34,525 nucleotides of DNA from a virus. Lineage: Duplodnaviria; Caudoviricetes. The notes beneath the pieces are model-generated. The model was not told the origin of the DNA. It did not search any database and saw only the letters and a program-made list of their open reading frames with translations. Below are positions 1 to 9,489 of this stretch, piece after piece. Location of the stretch: IMG/VR virus record IMGVR_UViG_3300030376_007063, positions 1 to 34,525 of that record; one strand, 5' to 3'. Made by a program: the position numbers and the translations under genes. Position 1 is the first letter of the stretch, and each line of letters starts with the position of its first letter.

Positions 1-1310
1 GTATTACCTTGGTTTCCCTGTGGTCCAGTAGATCCAGTTGGTCCAGTGGCACCTGTATCTCCCTTATCACCAGTTCTAGCAAATGTAATTATTAATTCTT
101 CACCATTTGAAAATGGGTTAGTAGCTGAAGACTCAATATTAGAAACAAAAATTCTATGGTAGCCTCCTGATTCGGCAGTTGACGATATCGTAAACAATAA
201 AAATTGTGCCGAGTCTAATTTATTTGAGATCTTAACGTGACCTTTAATTGTACTTGTTGAATCATCTATAGTTCTTATGTAAGTCTGTATATCTGTACCA
301 TCCACATCAGTATCGTCTATAAAAATACTAGTAGCACTATTTTGAGTTGCTGAATTTAGTTTTAGTTCACCAGCGCCTGGATCTGTATTAGCCGTATCAG
401 TATCAAAGTTATATGCGAATGAAGCACCGCCAAAGTTTCCTTCGGCACCTTGAGCTCCAGTGGGTCCAGTGTTTCCTGTCGGTCCAGTTCCACCAGTGGA
501 TCCAGTATTTCCTTGGTTACCTTGAGCTCCAGTGGGTCCAGTGTTGCCTTGGTTTCCTTGCGGTCCTGTTGGTCCTGTGTTTCCCTGATTTCCTTGGGCT
601 CCGGTAGGTCCTGTGTTGCCTTGATTTCCCTGAGGTCCATTAGGTCCAGTATTGCCTTGATTACCTTGAGCTCCAGTTGGACCTGTGTTTCCCTGATTAC
701 CTTGCGGTCCAGTATTTCCTGTTGGTCCTGTTCCACCAGTAGCTCCAGTGTTTCCTTGGTTACCTTGAGCTCCAGTAGGACCAGTATTTCCTTGGTTACC
801 TTGAGCTCCAGTAGGGCCAGTATTTCCTTGGTTACCTTGGGGTCCTGTATTTCCAGTAGGTCCAGTTCCTCCAGTTGCTCCAGTATTTCCTTGGTTTCCC
901 TGTGGACCGGTTGGACCTGTATTGCCTTGGTTTCCTTGTGGACCAGTTGGGCCTGTGTTACCTTGGTTTCCCTGAGGTCCAGTAGGTCCAGTATTTCCCT
1001 GGTTACCCTGAGCTCCAGTAGGTCCTGTTCCACCAGTTCCTCCAGTTGGGCCAGTATTTCCCTGATTTCCCTGTGGTCCAGTAGGTCCAGTGTTTCCTTG
1101 ATTTCCTTGAGCTCCAGTAGGACCAGTAAAATCTTCTATTCCGTCACCTGTAAAAAACTTAGGTACATCATTAGACGTGTTAAGAAACAGAGATCCAGTT
1201 TCTAACGTAGAAGTTGCAGGATCGGATGATACCGCTGGTATGACTAGCTCAGCAGATCCACTATATTCAAGAGATCCACTAATTACTATTGTACTTCCAT
1301 GTATTGCCAA
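1..1310 (-). CDS. Collagen-like (Gly-X-Y) fibre/whisker protein, 3' end runs off the window
   Basis: Not in the ORF track. TTG start at 1310 with GGAG SD at 1317-1320. Reads [16 protein letters not shown]...DFT, then ([12 protein letters not shown])n from 1124 to ~432, a ~120-aa globular spacer ([22 protein letters not shown]...ITFART), and Gly-X-Y again from 71 to the window edge. Confidence 0.9.
   Translation of the reverse strand, partial: MAIHGSTIVISGSLEYSGSAELVIPAVSSDPATSTLETGSLFLNTSNDVPKFFTGDGIEDFTGPTGAQGNQGNTGPTGPQGNQGNTGPTGGTGGTGPTGAQGNQGNTGPTGPQGNQGNTGPTGPQGNQGNTGPTGPQGNQGNTGATGGTGPTGNTGPQGNQGNTGPTGAQGNQGNTGPTGAQGNQGNTGATGGTGPTGNTGPQGNQGNTGPTGAQGNQGNTGPNGPQGNQGNTGPTGAQGNQGNTGPTGPQGNQGNTGPTGAQGNQGNTGSTGGTGPTGNTGPTGAQGAEGNFGGASFAYNFDTDTANTDPGAGELKLNSATQNSATSIFIDDTDVDGTDIQTYIRTIDDSTSTIKGHVKISNKLDSAQFLLFTISSTAESGGYHRIFVSNIESSATNPFSNGEELIITFARTGDKGDTGATGPTGSTGPQGNQGN
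432..1124 (-). repeat. Collagen triplet repeat (~77 Gly-X-Y), dominant 36-nt/12-aa unit [12 protein letters not shown]
   Basis: 9-nt and 36-nt periodicity is directly visible (e.g. gtatttccttggttaccttgagctccagt recurs). Confidence 0.92.
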
Positions 1311-1331
1311 TTTAAACTCCTAAATGTTTCT

Positions 1332-1340
1332 TATAAATAT
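1332..1340 (-). promoter_or_regulatory. Putative late-promoter motif (sense ATATTTATA; TATAAATA on + strand)
   Basis: Intergenic, ~22 nt upstream of the collagen gene start. The same motif occurs at 8622 and 14792, with variants at 17732 and 21210. Confidence 0.55.
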
Positions 1341-4300
1341 TAAGTTGTTACTTCTTCTAACAAAAACTTGTACTTCTTACCAGTCTTTCTGTTAATGATA
1401 AAGAGATCTTCTTCACCCTCTTGAATTGTCCAAGATCCAGTTGTTCCATCTACATCGTTTCCTTCGGTACCTTCGTTAGATAATTGCAAGTCAGCAGAGT
1501 ATATGTTTGCCCACCTCTTATCTGATTTTCCAAGATCATGTGTATTATCTGTCCCTGGAAAAACTGTACCTTTAAACTCTATCGTACCACCAGAGTGTAT
1601 TCTCATTCTTTCTGTGTCTGTGCCGCCAGTTTTAGTGTTAAATTTTAAACCGCCTGTATTATTATCCGTATAAACTTGTTCAATTGCACTATAACCAGAT
1701 GTGCTACCTTCAGTTAAAAATCCCAATGCACCGCCATGTCCGGCATATACATTAAAATCTGATATATTGGAACTTAGCCTTTTAAGACTAGTGGAATGTC
1801 GTAAATAAATTTGTCTAGCATTATCGCTTGTTGATAGAACTAGTCCATTTGCTCCAACGTTATAATGTGTTAAGCTAGTAGTAAGATATAAATCATAGCT
1901 ATTTCTATAAATCTCACTTGTTCCATCACCAGTTAATTTTAATTTGTAACTAGTACCACTATCATCTAATGGCAATAAAATATTTCCAGCAACATGGAGT
2001 TTTTCTGATGGTGAGTCTGTGCCGATGCCGACATCTCCTCCCATAATTTTAGAATCGCCATTGCTGCTAAATACTACTTTTGAAGCGCCACTTGTATCAT
2101 ACAATCTCATACTAGGAGAACCATCGGCAGATGAATTATCTATTCTAAATTGATTATTATCATCGCTATCTGTAATAAGGAAAAGATTTTGATTAGTATT
2201 ACCAGGACCTTTTACATGTAGCGTATGACTAGGCGAGGTTGTGCCGATGCCAAAGTTGCCGTTTGTATCAATTCTAATTCTTTCAGAATTGTTGGTAAAA
2301 AATGCCATATAGTTGGTATTATGTTGATATAATATTCTACCATGTGCTGTTGTACCTTTAGAATGATTGAAAGCAATATTACCTTGATGTGTAGCACCTG
2401 ATTGAAGTGTTATTCCATCATTAGTATCTCCATGTCCTATGATAGCACGATTAGCAAATACATAAGACGAATCTGAACCAATTCTAAGAGTACCAAACGA
2501 ACCAGTTGAAGCAGCTGAACCGCTTACATCTCCAGTGTGGAGTTTAGCTCCTATATCTTCGCTCATATAAATGTCTGTGATATTATCACCACCAATTGTA
2601 GCAGTATTTGAACCTTTACCAGTTGCCGCACCTAATACTATTTCACCATTAGCATTTGTAGTGCCTGTTTGAGCATATTGTCCTAAATAGACACCATTTT
2701 CAGTTGTAGTGTTTGTTACTCCATTTCCTGTTCCTGCAAAAGTTCCAATTGCAACATTACGAGCACTATCGGTAAGGGTATTACCTGCCCTATCTCCGAT
2801 AATAACATTAGCTATACTCTGTTGACCAGCAGTTCCCGCGGCATTCCCAATAAAAACATTACCATCCGAATTTGTGCTGTTTATAGCAAGTCCGGTGCTT
2901 AATCCGATAAAAACATTCTTATCACCGAAATCATCACCATCTGTTCCACCGGCACTTGTTCCTATAACAACATTATCATCACCACGAGTTCTTAATTTAG
3001 CCGCATTTTTTCCTATGTAAACATTCCCACCATAATCAGCCATAGCACTACCCGCACTTAGACCAATCGCAACATTTATTTTATTGACATTTCCACCAAC
3101 AAAAGCACTACCAGCATCTGTTCCAAATGCAATATTTTCACCAGGTGCATTGGTTTGTGGAAAGTGTTTTCCATTTTGCATTACCGAACCGAACGAACCA
3201 GTTGAAGCTGCTGAACCACTAAAATGTCCGCTTGATGTAATATGGTTCTGTGTTATCGTTATACCATCCGTACTACCATCGGTTTTAAAATGTATTGTAT
3301 TTGCACCACCACTTGAACTACCGAATCTGATATCGTTAGCACCAGCGTCTAAGTTGAATGTGCCTCCAACATAAATGTAACCATTACCTAACCAAATACT
3401 ACTATCAAACCTCAGATAACCACTATTATCATAAATCTTATGATTTCCTCTTGACGAATCTCCTATTGATAATGTTTTATCATTTCCAATATTACCTAAA
3501 AATACAGAACCAAACGAACCAGTTGAAGCAGCTGAACCACTTATTGTATTAGATGCTATTCTTAATTGTTCAACACCAGCAGCAATCAATGACATGTTAT
3601 CTGCTGATGCTTTACCTATACCAGTATTTGCATCACCTTCAAAAGAATATACAGGTTGAGTCGCAGTAGCAGTTTTAGCAAATAAAGCAGGACCACCACT
3701 GTCATTACCAAAGATTGTATCGGCAGCAAAATACCATCTTCTATTTCCAGCTATTGCAATAGATAATCCATTATCTCCATTTTCAAAAAAACCTGTATTC
3801 CCATCACCAAATGCTAATTGTGGAGCACTCTTGTCTGCAAGAGCTCCTGATGGGAGTATTATCCTACCAAACGAACCAGTTGAGGTTGCTGAACCACTTA
3901 TATCACCTTCAGCAGCTATAATACTACCAGATACTAATAAACTACCAGAGGCATGTCCATCTTGTGGTCCTAAAGTCATCATCTGTACAGTATTTCTAGC
4001 TCCACTTCCATCATCATGTCCAAATTGCATACTACCACCGGAGTCAACCCAAAAACCAGCGCCAACAGGATGATCTGTGGCTTTAAATGCCTCATTACCA
4101 CCATCTCCATATCCACCATCTTTTCTTGTGTAAACTTTACCACTACTATGATTGAAAGAAGCAACTGAACTACCAAGTTGTGTGTTTCCAGCATTTGCCG
4201 TATGTTGGAATATAGTATTAGCTACTGAAAAATTACCACCTAACGCTTCAATTGCAACATTGTTTCCTTGCTGTGGAATTACAAGTTTACCAAACGAACC

Positions 4301-6040
4301 AGTAGATGCATGTGAACCACTTATATGTACACCACCATCTCTTTTGATTTGGAAAACTCTATTTAAATTATTATCGTCAAAGTATATGAGATTACTACCA
4401 ACACCCATACCAGCATTGCTACTGTGATGATAGAACTTTGTTCCTCTAAAATATTCAGCTCTTACAAATCCAGCACCACCAACAGTTAATTCATTAGAAC
4501 CTGGTGCTGTTTGTATTCCTACATGACTACCAAAAAATCCTTGTCCAAACGAACCAGTTGAGGTTGCTGAACCACTTACATTACCTGTTACAGTTAAATT
4601 ATCACCAACTGTTACATCACCACTATCATTTGATATTGTTGACCTTACAATAAAATTAGTAGGTAACATGTATACATTACCACCAGAACCATTAATGTTA
4701 GGACCACCACCAGCTAATGTTATTCCACCAGTTATACTGATATTACCAGTTCCTGTAATATCATTACTATTTAAATCTAAATCACCACCAAGTTGAGGAG
4801 ATGTATCTTCGACAACATTTGAGATACCACCACCGCCACCAGCAGAAGCCAATGAAGCTGATGAAAAGTTTCCGCCACCAACCATAATATGACCAAAGGA
4901 ACCAGTTGAGGCTGCTGAACCACTTATTAGAGAATCTCCATTAAATACAACATGAGTTTGAGATGTATTACCTATTACAGTTTGATTATCTGCTGTAGCA
5001 GCCGCATCATGTCCTATTACAATTCTGTTTGCGGCTGTAGTAGAACCTAAATCAGCACCTTGTCCTATTCCGATATTGAAATTACCCGATTGTAGTGCAT
5101 CAGCTGCATTTCTTCCGATTCCGACATTACCAACACCCGTGGTGACTCCTTTTAATGCTCTATAACCAACGGCAGTATTACCTGTGGAATTTCCTCCTGA
5201 TAAATTTTCTTGCCCAATTGCTACATTTTGGTCACCTGTGGTTATTTGACTACCGACAGTATATCCAATTAGTGTGTTTTGTCTACCACCAGAAGGATCG
5301 AGATTTTGACCTGTGCCAGCATAACCAATAACTGTATTTGATAAATTACCGTGAGTAAAAGATACAACACCACGCAGATTTCCTCCAGTATTTAGCTCTA
5401 ATACACCAAACGAACCTGTTGAGGCTGCTGAACCACTTACTCCATATACAAATTCTGATGCTGCATTTCCTTTTAGTATTACCCTATTGCCATCATTATT
5501 TTCTCTAACATAAAGTTCACCGTGACCACTTGATATGTTTGTAAAAATTCTAAATTGATTATTCGAATCATCTCTATGACCGAATCCAATACCAGTATAA
5601 TCAACTACCAATTGCCTATTATCTAAATGTAAACCATAGTCTGGAGTAGTGGTGCCGATGCCGAATTTTCCATCAGGAAATACATAATCATAATTAGAGT
5701 TTTCTAACTGAAACTCCATATTACCAGTACTATGATTTTTGAGCATAATTCTGTTACCACTGGTGCCTTGAACTTTTTCCATTAGAAAGTTGTTTGTTGG
5801 AATAGATATGTTTCCACCTATAGTCAGATGACTACCAGTTATGGCTCCAGTTATTTCTATTGAACCCGTAGTTTGTGAGTCTGTTGTAACAATTGTTTGA
5901 ATTGATGGAGAACCGTCATTCTTCTCGAAATATATCTTACCATCATGGGTGTTTATCGCCAACTCACCAAGATCTAGTTGGGCTGTTGTTGGTACGTTCT
6001 TTTCAGTGGCTGAACGTCTTAATTTTATAGTTTGCGCCAT
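1340..6040 (-). CDS. Long modular tail fibre / receptor-binding protein (1566 aa)
   Basis: N-terminus MAQTIKLRRS...GELAINTHDGKIYF is typical of phage fibre attachment domains. Contains GIGTTSP motifs, NxAxG beta-roll repeats and eight SGSxxSTGSFG junctions. The C-terminus DLGKSDKRWANIY...GSWTIQEGEEDLF...GKKYKF resembles aquatic myophage fibre ends. Confidence 0.85.
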   Translation of the reverse strand: MAQTIKLRRSATEKNVPTTAQLDLGELAINTHDGKIYFEKNDGSPSIQTIVTTDSQTTGSIEITGAITGSHLTIGGNISIPTNNFLMEKVQGTSGNRIMLKNHSTGNMEFQLENSNYDYVFPDGKFGIGTTTPDYGLHLDNRQLVVDYTGIGFGHRDDSNNQFRIFTNISSGHGELYVRENNDGNRVILKGNAASEFVYGVSGSAASTGSFGVLELNTGGNLRGVVSFTHGNLSNTVIGYAGTGQNLDPSGGRQNTLIGYTVGSQITTGDQNVAIGQENLSGGNSTGNTAVGYRALKGVTTGVGNVGIGRNAADALQSGNFNIGIGQGADLGSTTAANRIVIGHDAAATADNQTVIGNTSQTHVVFNGDSLISGSAASTGSFGHIMVGGGNFSSASLASAGGGGGISNVVEDTSPQLGGDLDLNSNDITGTGNISITGGITLAGGGPNINGSGGNVYMLPTNFIVRSTISNDSGDVTVGDNLTVTGNVSGSATSTGSFGQGFFGSHVGIQTAPGSNELTVGGAGFVRAEYFRGTKFYHHSSNAGMGVGSNLIYFDDNNLNRVFQIKRDGGVHISGSHASTGSFGKLVIPQQGNNVAIEALGGNFSVANTIFQHTANAGNTQLGSSVASFNHSSGKVYTRKDGGYGDGGNEAFKATDHPVGAGFWVDSGGSMQFGHDDGSGARNTVQMMTLGPQDGHASGSLLVSGSIIAAEGDISGSATSTGSFGRIILPSGALADKSAPQLAFGDGNTGFFENGDNGLSIAIAGNRRWYFAADTIFGNDSGGPALFAKTATATQPVYSFEGDANTGIGKASADNMSLIAAGVEQLRIASNTISGSAASTGSFGSVFLGNIGNDKTLSIGDSSRGNHKIYDNSGYLRFDSSIWLGNGYIYVGGTFNLDAGANDIRFGSSSGGANTIHFKTDGSTDGITITQNHITSSGHFSGSAASTGSFGSVMQNGKHFPQTNAPGENIAFGTDAGSAFVGGNVNKINVAIGLSAGSAMADYGGNVYIGKNAAKLRTRGDDNVVIGTSAGGTDGDDFGDKNVFIGLSTGLAINSTNSDGNVFIGNAAGTAGQQSIANVIIGDRAGNTLTDSARNVAIGTFAGTGNGVTNTTTENGVYLGQYAQTGTTNANGEIVLGAATGKGSNTATIGGDNITDIYMSEDIGAKLHTGDVSGSAASTGSFGTLRIGSDSSYVFANRAIIGHGDTNDGITLQSGATHQGNIAFNHSKGTTAHGRILYQHNTNYMAFFTNNSERIRIDTNGNFGIGTTSPSHTLHVKGPGNTNQNLFLITDSDDNNQFRIDNSSADGSPSMRLYDTSGASKVVFSSNGDSKIMGGDVGIGTDSPSEKLHVAGNILLPLDDSGTSYKLKLTGDGTSEIYRNSYDLYLTTSLTHYNVGANGLVLSTSDNARQIYLRHSTSLKRLSSNISDFNVYAGHGGALGFLTEGSTSGYSAIEQVYTDNNTGGLKFNTKTGGTDTERMRIHSGGTIEFKGTVFPGTDNTHDLGKSDKRWANIYSADLQLSNEGTEGNDVDGTTGSWTIQEGEEDLFIINRKTGKKYKFLLEEVTT
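2492..5437 (-). repeat. Eight dispersed 33-nt in-frame direct repeats encoding SGS(A/H)(A/T)STGSFG
   Basis: Copies at 2492-2524, 3188-3220, 3509-3541, 3866-3898, 4289-4321, 4544-4576, 4892-4924 and 5405-5437. Consensus on + strand ACCAAACGAACCAGTTGArGyWGCTGAACCACT. Confidence 0.93.
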
Positions 6041-6086
6041 TATTTAATGGTCCTATGTATATGGGTATGTACCCAAGATTATAAAC

Positions 6087-6281
6087 TTACTTTACTACTT
6101 GATAAAGTCTTTTAACTGCACTAAAAAATGTTCTATAGTCATCCATTAAAAAGGATAATTGTCGTTGTCCTTGTGAAAAATCTTCCTTTTGGGCTGCCCT
6201 ATTTAGGGTATCTAACTCTTTTCCAAGTTCAATTGACTGTTTAATCCAGCTTTTTACTTTACGTTTTAATTTTTTATCCAT
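6087..6281 (-). CDS. Small basic hypothetical protein (64 aa)
   Basis: ATG overlaps the upstream stop (TAATG at 6281) and the ORF fills the gap between two fibre genes. Confidence 0.65.
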   Translation of the reverse strand: MDKKLKRKVKSWIKQSIELGKELDTLNRAAQKEDFSQGQRQLSFLMDDYRTFFSAVKRLYQVVK

Positions 6282-8593
6282 TAAAATGATCCACCATCTA
6301 TGACACTACTAACAGTTAGGTTTCCAGATGTATCATATCCTATGATTCCATCTATTTCTTCAAACTGATCTGTTACAGATAAGAAGCCCAATTGTTTTGT
6401 AGCTGTATTTCTAAACGCTATAGCACTTCCTGAATTATTGGCTACTGAAGCTCCAGCACTTGCGTGTATAGAACCAGTAACAAATAAACTAGCATTTGCA
6501 TTTACTATTCCCTGGAACGTTACTGCTCCTTCGGTATTTAGTGTTCCATCAATATCTGCATTACCTTCCAGATAAAAATCTTTAAATCTTTTAGAATCAG
6601 ATCCAAGATCATCTGCATTGGTTGCATTTGGAAGAATGTTACCCTTAGTATCTATAGTATCGGAAACACCTAAATCAATAAACGTGTTTGCGTCTACACC
6701 TTCTAACTTATCAACGCTTGTAATATCTACATCGTTAACATCAATGGTTGATCCATCATCTGTTATATTTGCCGAAGCCTCAATTCTTCCATTAGCATCT
6801 GCTATTAAAACTTTATTGTTTGTTAATGCAGAAGCACCAGCTTGCTGTGGTAATCTATAATGTGTAGATCCACTTACTCCTGTGAACCAATAATCTCCAG
6901 TATTATTCCACAATATTGAACCAGTGTGAGCAGTACCAGTTGCATCTACAACATTTAAACCACCTTCTGTAGCTGCTCCTCCAACGTTTACAGTTATTAT
7001 GTTATCGCCAATATTGACTTCACTAGAACTTACTATAGTTTGTGTTCCCTTAACATTTAAGTTACCTGTCAATGTCAAGTTTGAAAATGTAGGACTTTCT
7101 GATGTTAATTCACTGAAAGCAACAGAAAGGGCAGTTCCACCACCTCCTGCTATACCACTGCCTGCAACTGATGTTGCTAATTTATTTTCATCTATACCAG
7201 CATTCTTTACTCTAATGTTTCCTGAGCCGTTTGTTGCACTCAACTCTATGGTTGAATCGTCTACAGTTACTTCTATTTCGTTAGCGTTTGCAGTAATACC
7301 ATCACCACCAATAACGTTCATTACAGAATTTGTAGCTGTCATACCAGCACCTGCAAATAACGTAGCTACATCTGCTATTGCTTCTTTTGCATGTGTACCT
7401 GTTGCTCCACCATCTAAGAATAATATATAGTCGCCGTTTGCAATTGCAGCTTCACCAGCCTCTGTTAAATCGACGTCTATTGTTGGTGTCGCTCCTTCAC
7501 CCGAATTGTTTTGTAAATCTATTAGTGCACCTGCAGTTAGAGATCCTACGTAATCACCTGTGGTGTCTGTTCCTAAAGCTACTGAATTTGCTGCTATTGT
7601 CATAGCACCGTTTGCTGCTAATGATATATCGCCAGATACAGCAACTGATACGATATCGGTACCATTACCTACTAAAATCTGACCTGATGTTTTTGCGTCT
7701 AAATCTGTAGGTGCATTTGAGGTGCCACCAACTTTAACAGTACCTCGGGTCATGTTTGCTAATTTATTATTTGTTACTGCATCATTCGCAAGTGTTAATA
7801 CTCCACCAGCTGCTACGGCAGCGTCACCACTTATTGAACCGTAAACATAATCTCGAATCTGAGAACCTGAAACAAATTTATTGGCTCCATCGTTTACACT
7901 AAATTTGGTAGCGTTATGAGAAATTCCAGTATCGTGAGTAGTTGGAAATTCTCCAGAAACACCAGTTAAACCAGCACCTGATCCAAAGAATGCACTTGCA
8001 CTTACAAAACTAGCAGATACTGTTCCAAGGTGTGCATTTCTCCAACTTTTAGCTGCACTACCCAAATCAAATGTATCGCTAGCATTTGGTAGTAAGTGAC
8101 TAGTAATATCTGCATTAATTGTAATTGAATCATCTGCACTATCACCTATTGTAATTGTACCATCTGCTCTAATATTTCCAGATGCATATATGTTGGAAGC
8201 TGTGACATGTCCGGACGTTGATATGTGTGCTTGTGATGATAGCTGCCCGGTAACTGTTAATGTACCTGTAATTGTTCTATTTGCAAGGTTTCCAGTTATA
8301 TCTAAATTTTCGTTTGCGCCTGAACCATTTAACCTATATAAAATTTTATCGTCTGTATCATGAAATAACAAATCATTGTAGACTGATCCTAACGAAGAAA
8401 CATTTGGAACCGCTGTTCCTCTTAATATTCGTCCAGCTGCATAGCCACCTAACTGACTACCATTTCCAATGTGTAGTATGGGCGTAGTTAATCCCGATAC
8501 GGAACCCGTAGTAACACCAATTTCACCCTTTTGAAGAGTGTAACTGGCAAGCTGACTGGCCGTTCCTCGTCTATGTTTTATAATTTGGCCCAT
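6281..8593 (-). CDS. Fibre-like structural protein (770 aa)
   Basis: AGGAG SD. N-terminus MGQIIKHRRGT...KGEIGV is fibre-type. G/A/S/T-rich, with two LP..xDLGS..K motifs and a C-terminal IDGGSF. Confidence 0.8.
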   Translation of the reverse strand: MGQIIKHRRGTASQLASYTLQKGEIGVTTGSVSGLTTPILHIGNGSQLGGYAAGRILRGTAVPNVSSLGSVYNDLLFHDTDDKILYRLNGSGANENLDITGNLANRTITGTLTVTGQLSSQAHISTSGHVTASNIYASGNIRADGTITIGDSADDSITINADITSHLLPNASDTFDLGSAAKSWRNAHLGTVSASFVSASAFFGSGAGLTGVSGEFPTTHDTGISHNATKFSVNDGANKFVSGSQIRDYVYGSISGDAAVAAGGVLTLANDAVTNNKLANMTRGTVKVGGTSNAPTDLDAKTSGQILVGNGTDIVSVAVSGDISLAANGAMTIAANSVALGTDTTGDYVGSLTAGALIDLQNNSGEGATPTIDVDLTEAGEAAIANGDYILFLDGGATGTHAKEAIADVATLFAGAGMTATNSVMNVIGGDGITANANEIEVTVDDSTIELSATNGSGNIRVKNAGIDENKLATSVAGSGIAGGGGTALSVAFSELTSESPTFSNLTLTGNLNVKGTQTIVSSSEVNIGDNIITVNVGGAATEGGLNVVDATGTAHTGSILWNNTGDYWFTGVSGSTHYRLPQQAGASALTNNKVLIADANGRIEASANITDDGSTIDVNDVDITSVDKLEGVDANTFIDLGVSDTIDTKGNILPNATNADDLGSDSKRFKDFYLEGNADIDGTLNTEGAVTFQGIVNANASLFVTGSIHASAGASVANNSGSAIAFRNTATKQLGFLSVTDQFEEIDGIIGYDTSGNLTVSSVIDGGSF

Positions 8594-8607
8594 TATATTC
8601 TCCTACT

Positions 8608-8630
8608 AAAAGCGCTTTTGTTATAAATAT
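8608..8630 (-). promoter_or_regulatory. Putative late-promoter motif plus palindrome AAAAGCGCTTTT
   Basis: TATAAATA(T) at 8622-8630; 12-bp perfect palindrome at 8608-8619 lies between the motif and the SD. Confidence 0.55.
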
Positions 8631-8635
8631 GGGGT

Positions 8636-9481
8636 TTATTGAAAACCTTCGCCTAAATCTATCACGCCAGATAGATCTCTGTTTCCAATTGTCCCTAAAT
8701 TTTCCATGAATAAGGATGAGCTTCTAACTACATCCCCAACCTGTTGATCTACTATTCTCATAGCTCCACTAACTATTAGTCCTTCGCTACCTGTATAGTA
8801 ACTATCTAAAATTGTTTGTCCAGATACTGTTAATGATCCACTTATTTTTACATTTCCTGCTATATCTAATCCAGTTTCTAAAGTTGTTCCAACGTATTGG
8901 TTAACAGTCATATAGACATACTGAGAATTAGTTGGGTCCACTGCGGAACTATTAAACTGCAAGACTCCAGTTTTATAATCAAACACGTAATCATTTGTTG
9001 AAACTATAGAAGACCCGTCTAAAGAAGCTGAATCTAAAGATGTAGACTTGTAAACGACAGCTAAATATCCTGGAGTATTATCTTCAGTTGTAGCGTTTGC
9101 AAGTGCAGGTGTAGAATATTTTGGTGATATAAAACTAGTTTGTTGATTTGAATCTACTAACTGTGCACCTATTCCACTATTGCTACCTGTTGGGTTCAAA
9201 AAGAACCAAGCTTCATTGTTTAAATTTGACTTTGTTAGTTTGTGTCTATACCAATACTTTACAATATTCTCTCCACTTGACTGGTGAAATGCCCTATTTT
9301 GTGAGCTTCCACTAAATGGTAAACTAGAAGAAGGAATTAGTTTTGCTTGAGTGTAAACCTCAGATGCACCAATATCTAATACATCTGTAAACGCTTCTTG
9401 TGAATCTAAAAGTCCGTCATGTGTATACCTTCTCGACCCTAGTAGTCGATTGGATTTTTTTTCTTTGTCTAAGGCTGCCAT
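8636..9481 (-). CDS. Hypothetical virion structural protein (281 aa)
   Basis: GAGGGG SD, Ser/Thr-rich beta-type composition, position in the neck/fibre block, C-terminal IDLGEGF similar to the neighbouring IDGGSF end. Confidence 0.75.
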   Translation of the reverse strand: MAALDKEKKSNRLLGSRRYTHDGLLDSQEAFTDVLDIGASEVYTQAKLIPSSSLPFSGSSQNRAFHQSSGENIVKYWYRHKLTKSNLNNEAWFFLNPTGSNSGIGAQLVDSNQQTSFISPKYSTPALANATTEDNTPGYLAVVYKSTSLDSASLDGSSIVSTNDYVFDYKTGVLQFNSSAVDPTNSQYVYMTVNQYVGTTLETGLDIAGNVKISGSLTVSGQTILDSYYTGSEGLIVSGAMRIVDQQVGDVVRSSSLFMENLGTIGNRDLSGVIDLGEGFQ

Positions 9482-9489
9482 AATCCCCT

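Noticed and set aside
362-1205. Track ORFs 362..1033(-), 413..607(+) and 450..1205(+)
   Set aside because: These are shadow frames of the collagen repeat. The Gly-X-Y frame starting at 1310 has an SD and a sensible product.
2492-5437. 33-nt repeats as a CRISPR array
   Set aside because: Spacers are 220-660 nt, all in frame within a coding gene; the repeats vary mainly at codon-compatible positions; no cas genes are present.
1340-6040. Diversity-generating retroelement acting on the fibre
   Set aside because: No reverse transcriptase and no template/variable repeat pair differing only at adenines was seen in the window.
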